15,325 nucleotides of DNA from Candidatus Hodarchaeota archaeon (GCA_030589605.1 JAUUVJ010000032.1:1-15325), one strand, 5' to 3'; counted from the first letter of the stretch, positions 1-6,884 are shown. Notes: generated from the sequence alone by a model not told the origin. A program made the numbers and translations.

Positions 1-150
1 ATTTACAGTTGTATAACATTTTTTGATTACAATATGAGTTTGACGACATTAGATTAGATATAATTATACTTTCAATCCCTTTGCTTTTTCAATTAGTAGA
101 GATGATGTAGAAATAAGGTATTACAAATTTCAACTCAAATCTCCAAGTTT

Positions 151-171
151 TAAGTAATCACTGATTACTTA
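151..171. repeat. Perfect 9-bp inverted repeat (TAAGTAATC act GATTACTTA) spanning the stop codon of the JAMM gene
   Basis: Read directly: 151-159 pairs with 163-171 around a 3-nt loop. The TGA stop of the minus-strand ORF lies at 158-160. No T-run follows in the minus sense, so a terminator role is not supported. Confidence 0.3.
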
Positions 172-634
172 AAGAATATGGAATCTCAATGATTTTATCT
201 CTATAAAAGCTGAATATTCTTAGTAGTGGAGTCTTTGCAGCACTTGCAATCATCCATATGTATGGATGTGGCCAAAAGCGCATATAATAACGGTCTTTCT
301 TTGATGGATAACTATTTGCATTTTTAGGATGAGTATGAAAGAACCCCAGTAGAATTAATCCGTTTTGTTCGTGAATTTGAATTTCTTTTATCATTCTTTC
401 ATAATCAAGTGAAAAACTCGTTTCAGATTTGTCTAAATTTTCCATTGGGATAAATTTATTCATTTTGATGACCGATTCGTTATAGCTACCAAATCCTAAA
501 CCCACCTGTTCCATTTTTAAAGATTCAGCAATTAAGTTCTGAATCTGACTGTATACATGAGATTCAAGAATGAGAATTCTCTCTTTAAATTCAAAATTTT
601 TGTTCTTATTGGATTTCTGACTATAGGATCCCAA
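158..634 (-). CDS. JAMM/MPN+ (JAB1-type) metalloprotease, 158 aa
   Basis: It has the conserved upstream Glu in MEQVGLGFG and a metal-binding motif FFHTHPKNANSYPSKKD. That motif is HxH-x8-S-xx-D, one residue longer than the canonical x7 spacer. The size is typical of a stand-alone archaeal JAMM. The only in-frame start that keeps the domain is TTG at 634. It lies 45 nt downstream of the beta-CASP gene on the same strand. Confidence 0.8.
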   Translation of the reverse strand: MGSYSQKSNKNKNFEFKERILILESHVYSQIQNLIAESLKMEQVGLGFGSYNESVIKMNKFIPMENLDKSETSFSLDYERMIKEIQIHEQNGLILLGFFHTHPKNANSYPSKKDRYYMRFWPHPYIWMIASAAKTPLLRIFSFYRDKIIEIPYSLSNQ

Positions 635-679
635 TTTGATGCCTACAAAAAACTCTTTTGTTTCAATTAATCTATTAAA

Positions 680-2059
680 TTAGGGAAATTCGGGAAGCAT
701 ATCATTTGTGATCAAGATATCTGCTTCATATCCGATTTTTCGTATTTCCCGTGCATAATTCTCTTGAGCTTCAGGTTCTCCATGAATGGTGTATATTTTA
801 GATGGGGAAGTATATCTTACTAATTGAGTAAGACCATCTAATGAGGAATGACCTGAGAAAGCAAATCTCTTCACTTCTAATGAAAGTGTAACATCGTTTA
901 TCCTTCCGAATCCGTTATCTAGGCTCAAATTCTTTTTTCCAGAGACTATATCCGATCCTGTTGTTCCTTCAACTTGATATCCAACTACAAATAATCCATT
1001 TGAAGGATCACTTCCGCAATATCTAAGGTAATCATAAACAGGTCCGCCTTCAAGCATTCCAGAGGTTGTCAAAATTATGCTTGCTTTGTCCTGACATCCT
1101 AATTTTTCACGTTTTCTACCACGTTTTCCTGAAACTTGAACATCATCGATCGTTTTCACCCATTCATGTTCAAAAGGAGAAAAAAGACCTTTTTCTTTTA
1201 ATTCAATCAATAATCGTGGAGAAATCCATTTTTCATTCATATACTTCTGATAAATGTTATTCATATCAAGAATCATTCCATCAACATAAAGCGGATATTT
1301 TCTTAAAAATGAATCAAAGTCAGACACCAAGTATGATTGAATTTCTTGTGATCTCCCTAAAGCAAACGATGGAATTATTGCTTTTCCTCCTCGTGAATAA
1401 CATTTCAATAATGATTTTGTTAAGTTGGAAGTAATTATCTTTCTATTATCCATTTTTCTATTAGCATTCGTAGTTTCAGTCAATAATACATCAATAGGCT
1501 CATCAGGATCAGGATAAGTCATTGGATCGTGATATGGAGTTTTAGCATCATTAAAATCGCCAGAATAAAAAATTCTAGTTCCATCCCAATCAAGAAGAAT
1601 AGCAGCACTGCCAAGAATATGACTAGCATCATAAAATTCAGCCGTGATCCCATTAGCTATTTTGAATTTTTTAGAATAGTGATGTACACTTATTTTATCC
1701 AGCGCATTGTGAAGATGGCTAAAGCTGTAATGATGAGGTCCTTCAATTTTCAAATGATCTTTCCATAAAATCTTTATAATATCCTTTGTTGGAATGGTCA
1801 TATGGACTGATCCATTATAACCAGCTCGATAAAGAGCTGGAATATAGGCAGAATGATCTATATGAGCATGTGAAAGCAATACTGAATCTACACTTGAAAT
1901 ATAGTCATCTATTCCTTCAGGTGGAGTTGAAAATAAACCTGTTTTTCTGGGATGTAGCTGAATGCCTGCATCAAGTACAATTCGTCTATCCTTATCAGAA
2001 ATCATTACACATGATTTGCCTACAGAGTCAGACGCACCGAAAACTCTAATTTCTAACAT
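680..2059 (-). CDS. Beta-CASP metallo-beta-lactamase-fold ribonuclease, CPSF73/aCPSF2-like (no KH domains)
   Basis: MBL motifs are VLDAG, HAHIDHSAY (HxHxDH), DASHILGSA and YSGDFN. Beta-CASP motifs are A (LLTETT), B (FAFSGHSS) and C (IYTIHGEPE). Motif C is His, the RNA-type signature. The track starts at GTG 2071. I prefer ATG 2059 (MLEIRVFGASDSVGKSC), which matches the usual family N-terminus. Confidence 0.85.
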   Translation of the reverse strand: MLEIRVFGASDSVGKSCVMISDKDRRIVLDAGIQLHPRKTGLFSTPPEGIDDYISSVDSVLLSHAHIDHSAYIPALYRAGYNGSVHMTIPTKDIIKILWKDHLKIEGPHHYSFSHLHNALDKISVHHYSKKFKIANGITAEFYDASHILGSAAILLDWDGTRIFYSGDFNDAKTPYHDPMTYPDPDEPIDVLLTETTNANRKMDNRKIITSNLTKSLLKCYSRGGKAIIPSFALGRSQEIQSYLVSDFDSFLRKYPLYVDGMILDMNNIYQKYMNEKWISPRLLIELKEKGLFSPFEHEWVKTIDDVQVSGKRGRKREKLGCQDKASIILTTSGMLEGGPVYDYLRYCGSDPSNGLFVVGYQVEGTTGSDIVSGKKNLSLDNGFGRINDVTLSLEVKRFAFSGHSSLDGLTQLVRYTSPSKIYTIHGEPEAQENYAREIRKIGYEADILITNDMLPEFP

Positions 2060-2263
2060 TTTTTGAAACACTTGCCTATAATGAGGAAGAATCGGTTTAA
2101 TTAACAGTAGAAAAGAAAAGAAATTTGTAGTTTTTCGTTCAGAATCTAGAATATGGAATATTAACGTGAAACTTATTGAATATTCAGGGAGAATAATTGA
2201 TAATCGTACTTACATCGAAAAGCCTATATAGACAATCAGACAATAAGGATGAAATGACTACAA

Positions 2264-2974
2264 ATGGTAACAGATCCTCAACAAATAACAATCTCGGGAA
2301 TCGGAATTGGTATCTTTTTATTGTTTATAGGTTCTCTTCTTAATATTCCATTGATATACGATATAGGATTCCTTCTTTTTCTAGGATCTATTATAATTAC
2401 ATTTATCCAATGGTTTACGACTGGTGGAGCTATTGAAATGCTGAACTGGCTTCCAATCATTCTGATTTTATCCATTATTATGACGCTTAGTAGTGATTTC
2501 GTTTCTCAATCAGAGGAAACAAATTTTCTCACATTACCATTAATAATTCTCGTAGTAATAATTGTTATAGGATTCATTACCACACAAGGAGGTGATCTAA
2601 GTTTTATTGTACCATTCTTGCTCCCTGTGATTGGTATCGGATTAATAAGTTTAGTTGTCGGAGAAAGCCTCTGGCAAGATCCTATCAGAGGTTTAACATA
2701 TGGAATAGGCGTATTAGGTATTTTAGTTATGATTATATGGATAAAAGTTAGAAAAACACAGCAATTAATACCTGTAGCTGGTGATCGAACATCTATTGTA
2801 GGAACTCGGGGAAAAGTAACTATTGAGATTAGTCCTAAACTAGAGGGAAGAGTAAGAATAGGAGGAGCTATTTGGAAAGCTGAATCTGATGTCTTTATTG
2901 AAGAAGATGAGACAATAGAAGTTATTGGGATATCCGAAAACAAGTTAGTGTTGAAAGTAGCTAGAATAACATAA
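2264..2974 (+). CDS. NfeD-family membrane protein (about 6 TM helices plus a C-terminal NfeD OB-fold domain), 236 aa
   Basis: The N-terminal 160 aa is hydrophobic. The C-terminus GTRGKVTIEISPKLEGRVRIGGAIWKAESDVFIEEDETIEVIGISENKLVLKV matches the NfeD C-terminal beta-barrel pattern (G.a...l.p.G.v...G..w.A......i..G..v.V..v.g..L.V). There is no ClpP-like protease domain. Confidence 0.75.
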   Translation: MVTDPQQITISGIGIGIFLLFIGSLLNIPLIYDIGFLLFLGSIIITFIQWFTTGGAIEMLNWLPIILILSIIMTLSSDFVSQSEETNFLTLPLIILVVIIVIGFITTQGGDLSFIVPFLLPVIGIGLISLVVGESLWQDPIRGLTYGIGVLGILVMIIWIKVRKTQQLIPVAGDRTSIVGTRGKVTIEISPKLEGRVRIGGAIWKAESDVFIEEDETIEVIGISENKLVLKVARIT

Positions 2975-3032
2975 ACAACAAAATAGAATTAATTCAAACT
3001 CATTAATTAGTTAAACATCAGCTCAATTCCGA

Positions 3033-3039
3033 TTTTTTT
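3033..3039 (+). terminator. Oligo-T tract (T7) downstream of the NfeD-like gene, a candidate archaeal termination signal
   Basis: GATTTTTTTCCTTT lies 59 nt after the stop codon. Archaeal RNA polymerase terminates at T-runs. In AT-rich DNA this is weak evidence. Confidence 0.3.
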
Positions 3040-3139
3040 CCTTTAGTAGTTTTATATCATCATCCAAAAATTCTTATTAAAGTATGATAACATCCGTTGA
3101 TTGAGCTAATACCCAAAAGGTTCTTGATAAAAACAAATT

Positions 3140-3213
3140 GGGCCGGTGGTCTAGCTCGGTATGACTCTACCCTCACACGGCAGAAATCGATGGTTCAAAT
3201 CCGTCCCGGCCCA
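3140..3213 (+). tRNA. tRNA-Val (anticodon CAC), 74 nt, CCA not encoded
   Basis: Folded by hand. The acceptor stem GGGCCGG/CCGGCCC has 7 bp. The D-arm GTCT/TGAC has a loop with GG. The anticodon stem CTACC/GGCAG has one A-C mismatch at 29-41. The anticodon loop is CT-CAC-AC, with U33 and A37. The variable loop is AAATC. The T-arm is GATGG-TTCAAAT-CCGTC and the discriminator is A. The region is a GC-rich island in AT-rich DNA. Confidence 0.85.
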
Positions 3214-3273
3214 TCTGTATATATCTAAAATAAGACGTTTATACTCAGTGTATTGATCTTATGTTTATTATAT

Positions 3274-5478
3274 TTACTCCTCGCTATTCTCAAATGCATC
3301 TAAAATATAGGTATAAATTTCTTTTTCGGTTCCTTGTGAGATTTGTTGTAATCTTCTTACGATTAGTTCGGGAGTTGACCTGGCATATTTGTAATAGACT
3401 GGAGTTCGATTCACAATTAACTCTAAGTTTTCAGAGAGCCCCTGTGCCTCAATCCCATCTATTCGTATTTTTTCTTTACCATATTTTGCAATTAATTGTG
3501 CTAAATGAGTCACAAATAGGCCTACCGACTGAGGTGATTTCCCTAATAAATCTAAAAATGCTGCTATTACACGAGCTGACGCTCCTGGTTCAGAAATACT
3601 TTCCATTTCGTCTGCTAGCACCAATCTCGAGTTAGGGCTGAGGATCATTTGTGATAATACACGTAAAGTGCTTTCAAATGCCCCTGCATTCATTTGACCA
3701 GAGGATTTTCGATAGAAATGAAGTTCTTCGAAACCGCCTAAAATTGCATTTTTACATGGTATAGGCAACCCCATTTGGCTTAGAGTCACTATTATTGCCA
3801 TAGATACAATTAATGTCGTCTTACCTCCACTATTAGCCCCTGAGAGAAGAATTATTCGTTCACCGTTCACTGAATTCTCAATTTTACCAATTTCTCCAAA
3901 TGCATATGAAACTGGATCAAGTTTTAGATTTCCTCTCAGATGTTCTCTCTGAAGAAACAAATTGCGGGATTCTTCAGCGATTAACCCTGTACCCTGATTT
4001 TCAATAAGCTGGGGAAGAACTAAGTGATATCTCATAGTAAATTTTCCAATCATAAATAAGTAGTCTAGCTCTAACATGCAATTTAGGGCTTCTTTGGCCA
4101 AAGGTTCGAATTCTTTTAGAGCTTTAGCCAAGCCTACTTTCAATTCAAATGATTTCATTGCTCTTCGTTGACGTAAATAAGCTTTCAGTTTGTTAGATAC
4201 CTCATCTACAGGATCAACTGGATATCGAAGTTCTCTTGGGAAAATTCCAGTAAGATAATCTGTTTCATCACTTCGAAGATTTAGTTCTTGGATTAATCCA
4301 TTCTCAGCTTTTATAATGATTTCTTCTACTGCGAGATACAGTTCATCGTCTAAATATTCACGTAATTCGGTTTTACCTCCATCCCTTGAATAAGAGTGAT
4401 CTTCCGTCGCCATTTCTTTCAATAAGGCAAGAATTTTTTCCCCTCCCAACTCTACCGTGGTATCCTGAAGTTTACTTTCCAATTCCTCATTTAAAATAAG
4501 TAAACTTTCAGCTAATTTTGTTTCAAAGATATTTTCAGCTCTTAAGAGGCGTGAATATTCTTCATTTAGATCTTGATTCGGTTCCCCCGAATCATCCAGA
4601 TTAACGAGCTCGTTTCCCATCGTTACTAGCTTTTCTATATTTAAGTCACCGATAAATGTTCCTAATTCTGAAGAGGGGATGATTTGGAGCAATTTAGCTA
4701 ATCCTGAGATTGATTCTAGAATTCTCTTGTTATAAGCAAAGAAGCTTAAAGTTTTTTCAGGAAGAATTTGAATCAAATCATTACGTTGACTCTCTGCTAG
4801 CGTAATAACATTAGGAAAACCTTCATCAAGCATGATATTGGAACCAATCCAAATAACTTCATCATACCCTTCGAGAATACCAGAAATTTGATCAATGTCC
4901 TCGATATAAAGAATCTCACAATGTACCCCGATTTCATTTGAACTAAGTTCTTCGTAAATGCCTTTATCAGTGGATACAATAACTCTAGATGCCGTATCAA
5001 GACGATTACTCTGCTCTTTTAGGGGTGAAAGATTGCGAAACAGAACATTAAATTCTTTGAAAGAATGAGAAGTCTTTTTGATTAAAGAAGTGAACTGAGA
5101 AGCTAACCTTGAGGTACTCTGTCTGTCTCTTATTTTTCCTAGAGTGGAAAAAGGTAAGGGGAAAAATAGGTATAATTTTGATCGAGAATACATTGTATTT
5201 GCAAATTTTGATATAATATCCATGGTTCGATTATAGATGAGAATAGCATCGTCAGTTTTCAAAAAATTTTGGAGCTGTTCACCTGTCTCCTGAAAATGGA
5301 GATTTCGACATAAATTTAACGCAAATCGTTCGCCAACTCCTTCTATTGAAGAAATTTCGGCAATACGTGATTCCCTTAATGCAGTTAGAACTGCATTCTC
5401 GCTGCCAAATGCTGATGTCAGCTTGTCTTCAACTGATGGGCCTATGCCACGGATTTCTCGAAGATTATTAACGATCAA
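3274..5478 (-). CDS. MutS-family (domain V) ABC-type ATPase with N-terminal (HhH)2, archaeal MutS2/MutS5-like; no mismatch-binding domain and no Smr
   Basis: Walker A is LLSGANSGGKTT (nt 3817-3840, checked by back-translation). It is followed by SQMGLPIPC, Walker B LVLADEMES and FVTHLAQLI, which is the MutS domain V order. The N-terminus has two helix-hairpin-helix motifs, IRGIGPSVEDKL and IEGVGERFALNL. The middle region is rich in E/L/K helices and looks lever/clamp-like. The start is TTG at 5478. The first ATG (aa 86) would delete the HhH pair. Confidence 0.85.
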   Translation of the reverse strand: MIVNNLREIRGIGPSVEDKLTSAFGSENAVLTALRESRIAEISSIEGVGERFALNLCRNLHFQETGEQLQNFLKTDDAILIYNRTMDIISKFANTMYSRSKLYLFFPLPFSTLGKIRDRQSTSRLASQFTSLIKKTSHSFKEFNVLFRNLSPLKEQSNRLDTASRVIVSTDKGIYEELSSNEIGVHCEILYIEDIDQISGILEGYDEVIWIGSNIMLDEGFPNVITLAESQRNDLIQILPEKTLSFFAYNKRILESISGLAKLLQIIPSSELGTFIGDLNIEKLVTMGNELVNLDDSGEPNQDLNEEYSRLLRAENIFETKLAESLLILNEELESKLQDTTVELGGEKILALLKEMATEDHSYSRDGGKTELREYLDDELYLAVEEIIIKAENGLIQELNLRSDETDYLTGIFPRELRYPVDPVDEVSNKLKAYLRQRRAMKSFELKVGLAKALKEFEPLAKEALNCMLELDYLFMIGKFTMRYHLVLPQLIENQGTGLIAEESRNLFLQREHLRGNLKLDPVSYAFGEIGKIENSVNGERIILLSGANSGGKTTLIVSMAIIVTLSQMGLPIPCKNAILGGFEELHFYRKSSGQMNAGAFESTLRVLSQMILSPNSRLVLADEMESISEPGASARVIAAFLDLLGKSPQSVGLFVTHLAQLIAKYGKEKIRIDGIEAQGLSENLELIVNRTPVYYKYARSTPELIVRRLQQISQGTEKEIYTYILDAFENSEE

Positions 5479-5557
5479 AGTAGTTTCCGTTCACTTAAGA
5501 TTATAATAATAGAGAAGGAAATTTAGTTTTTGTTTTTTTTCTGATAAAGGTTTCTCT

Positions 5558-6469
5558 CTAAATCTTTGTAACAGTTCGAGCTGAAATCAATTCTAGGAAT
5601 TTATGAACTTGAGAATATGAACAATGGTCAGAGTACGGGAAGAAATGAACATCCAATCGCTTTTGTTTCATTTGTATTGCCCATCCAGTAGGGGAAATTC
5701 GTAAAGCATTGGAAATTTTTAATTGTTCATTTTCTTCAATTCCCTGAAAGGTCTCAACCATTCTTCGGCTACCTACAAAGACTCCTGAGGATGTACTATC
5801 TGTAAAAAAATCCCATTCTCCTCCAATTTCTTTGTAAATATTGACCTTATATTCTGGTGCCCAGATCTTAACTTTTAATGCTTCACTCACAGTTTTCAAT
5901 AGTAATTCCTTCCCAATTTGATATGCAGCAATCCATATGTCTCTTTCAGGATAATTATCTCCAGAAAGAATTAAGGTAATAATCTCAGAAATTATTTCCT
6001 GCCTAGACGGAAACTGAAATATAGGATCTCTACCATACGTGAAGTCTAACCAAAGATGGTCTGCTCCTTTAATCAAGTTAAGTTCATCCACAATAGGAGA
6101 TCCTAGTCTAAAGTCCCCTGTGTACACCTCTTTCAAACCTTGTTCAGATTCAACTACAAACATTAAGCTACCTAAACAATGATTCGCATCAATAGCATGA
6201 ATGATATAAGAGTCAAAATCCAATGATTGATTCGGTTTAACAATAAGACACCTTTCTCTTGGAACCCGATGTAACACTTTGATAACCGCATATGTCTCCC
6301 TAGAGCATACAATTGTTGAATCTGGGTCAGATAGACTTAATTTTATTCCTGACATATGATCACTATGACCATGTGACAAAAAAAAGTAGTTTGAGGATGG
6401 TTTACGACGATCTTTCCGTCTAAATGGAAACTCATCAAAATAACTTTTAGCAATCGATGAGTAAACCAT
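5558..6469 (-). CDS. SNM1/PSO2/Artemis-type beta-CASP DNA nuclease (DRMBL family), 303 aa
   Basis: Motif-by-motif resemblance to my recollection of human SNM1A:
- YFFLSHGHSDHMSGI vs YFLTHFHSDHYAGL
- IDANHCLGSLM vs LDANHCPGAVM
- YTGDFR vs HTGDFR
- LWLDFTYG..FQFPSRQEII vs LYLDTTYC..YTFPSQQEVI
- YQIGKE vs YSIGKE
- SPTGW vs RPTGW
- FPYSDHCSY vs IPYSEHSSY

The C-terminal ...ARTVTKI places a Val where the DNA-type motif C (..PTV) sits. The ATG start is at 6469, with GAGGT 6 nt upstream. Confidence 0.85.
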   Translation of the reverse strand: MVYSSIAKSYFDEFPFRRKDRRKPSSNYFFLSHGHSDHMSGIKLSLSDPDSTIVCSRETYAVIKVLHRVPRERCLIVKPNQSLDFDSYIIHAIDANHCLGSLMFVVESEQGLKEVYTGDFRLGSPIVDELNLIKGADHLWLDFTYGRDPIFQFPSRQEIISEIITLILSGDNYPERDIWIAAYQIGKELLLKTVSEALKVKIWAPEYKVNIYKEIGGEWDFFTDSTSSGVFVGSRRMVETFQGIEENEQLKISNALRISPTGWAIQMKQKRLDVHFFPYSDHCSYSQVHKFLELISARTVTKI

Positions 6470-6475
6470 AAAATA

Positions 6476-6480
6476 ACCTC
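6476..6480 (-). promoter_or_regulatory. Shine-Dalgarno-like GAGGT, 6-nt spacer to the ATG of the SNM1-like gene
   Basis: The minus-sense sequence reads ttttttGAGGTtattttATG. GAGGT is complementary to the conserved CCUCC near the 16S rRNA 3' end. TATA-like AT-rich stretches upstream cannot be told apart from background in this DNA. Confidence 0.45.
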
Positions 6481-6602
6481 AAAAAAGAAATCTAGAAGCT
6501 ATTATATTAATTTCGAGTCAAACTTACAAAGATAATTATTAAGAAGTATTTTTCGTCATTTAGAACGTTTAAAGAAAAAAATTATCTTGAAAAAGAATGT
6601 AA

Positions 6603-6614
6603 ATAAATTTATTT
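6603..6614 (+). promoter_or_regulatory. TATA-box-like element (ATAAATTTATTT) about 22-30 nt upstream of the structured RNA
   Basis: The position fits the archaeal TATA-to-TSS distance (centre near -26) if transcription starts near the G-run at 6635-6637. The AT-rich background makes this weak. Confidence 0.3.
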
Positions 6615-6635
6615 GAACCTAAAGATAGAAAAATG

Positions 6636-6825
6636 GGTTGTGTTGTAGAAATCCTTTCTGGGGATTCTGTTTCCGGGTTCGGAACGAGACCGGGTGTAAC
6701 TCAGGCCCTTTGGCCGGGTAAAACCCAGCTTTCTGATTTTCCCGTAGGCGCGAGCACAACAGTACAGATCAGAACGGAACCTAACTTAACTTTCGGCAGA
6801 ATCTCGCAAGATTCCAACGCAACAA
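6636..6825 (+). ncRNA. Structured, GC-enriched non-coding RNA of unknown class (about 190 nt, possibly extending to the T6 at 6879-6884)
   Basis: The region is clearly more GC-rich than its flanks. Hand-folded elements:
- closing stem 6637-6645 GUUGUGUUG / 6815-6823 CAACGCAAC (9 bp, one G-U)
- hairpin AAUCC(6650-54)/GGAUU(6662-66)
- hairpin UUCCG(6671-75)-GGUU-CGGAA(6680-84)
- longer stem CGGG(6691-94)/CCCG(6741-44) continuing in UCAG(6701-04)/CUGA(6733-36)
- two tip hairpins, GGCC-CUUU-GGCC and GGGU-AAA-ACCC
- hairpin GAAUCU(6799-6804)-CGCA-AGAUUC(6809-14), which would stack on the closing stem.

The G-U pairs would become A-C mismatches on the other strand, which favours the plus strand. 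The minus strand is not excluded. Confidence 0.55.
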
Positions 6826-6827
6826 GT

Positions 6828-6884
6828 TATTAGTGCTATTAGACACTAATAGAGGCAAAATCATAAGTCTTTATATACTTTTTT
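6828..6884 (+). terminator. 8-bp hairpin (TATTAGTG ctattaga CACTAATA, 6828-6851) followed by a T6 run (6879-6884); a possible 3' end of the structured RNA transcript
   Basis: The inverted repeat and the T-run were read directly. Their spacing (27 nt) is loose, so the assignment is tentative. Confidence 0.25.

Noticed and set aside
1066-2049. Plus-strand ORFs 1066-1434, 1529-1768 and 1786-2049
   Set aside because: All three lie antisense inside the well-supported beta-CASP RNase gene. Their translations are low-complexity and rich in hydrophobic residues, with no motifs. These are shadow ORFs.
2254-2343. 29-codon ORF starting at ATG 2254 with a better-spaced AAGGA upstream than the NfeD ATG at 2264
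   Set aside because: It is out of frame with the NfeD-like gene and overlaps it. It is short and N-rich, and it ends after 29 codons. No evidence supports it beyond the SD-like spacing. It could still matter for start-site choice, but I cannot support it as a gene.
2278-2943. Minus-strand ORFs 2278-2475 and 2506-2943
   Set aside because: They lie antisense inside the NfeD-like gene. The sense frame has a coherent TM pattern plus the NfeD domain, and the antisense frames have none.
3140-3213. tRNA-Val as an integration site for a mobile element or genomic island
   Set aside because: I found no direct repeat of the tRNA 3' half elsewhere in the window. There is no integrase, transposase or phage-like gene. 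The flanking genes look like housekeeping functions.
3261-5000. ORFs 3261-3635 (+) and 4797-5000 (-, alternative frame)
   Set aside because: Both lie inside the MutS-like gene, one antisense and one out of frame, and neither has motifs. These are shadow ORFs.
6636-6825. Assigning the structured RNA to RNase P RNA, SRP RNA, a C/D or H/ACA guide, or a TPP riboswitch
   Set aside because: - RNase P: GUAGAAAUCC and CAGAACGGAACCUAACUUA loosely recall CR-I and CR-V, but they do not fit the CR-I/CR-V consensus patterns and cannot form P4.
- SRP: there is no helix-8 GNAR tetraloop with a flanking AGCA. About 190 nt is short for an archaeal SRP RNA. The UGUAAC motif is not between the two 5' hairpins.
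- C/D guide: there is no RUGAUGA C box.
- TPP riboswitch: the minus strand has CUGAGU..ACCC..GAACC but lacks the pyrophosphate-sensing half.

The class is therefore left open rather than named.
6633-6833. 66-aa ORF (MGCVVEILSGDSVSGFGTRPG...) listed in the ORF track
   Set aside because: It coincides exactly with the GC-rich, highly base-paired region. It has no SD-like element, and its G/S/T/P-rich composition is unlike every real protein in this window. It is better explained as an open frame within a structured RNA.
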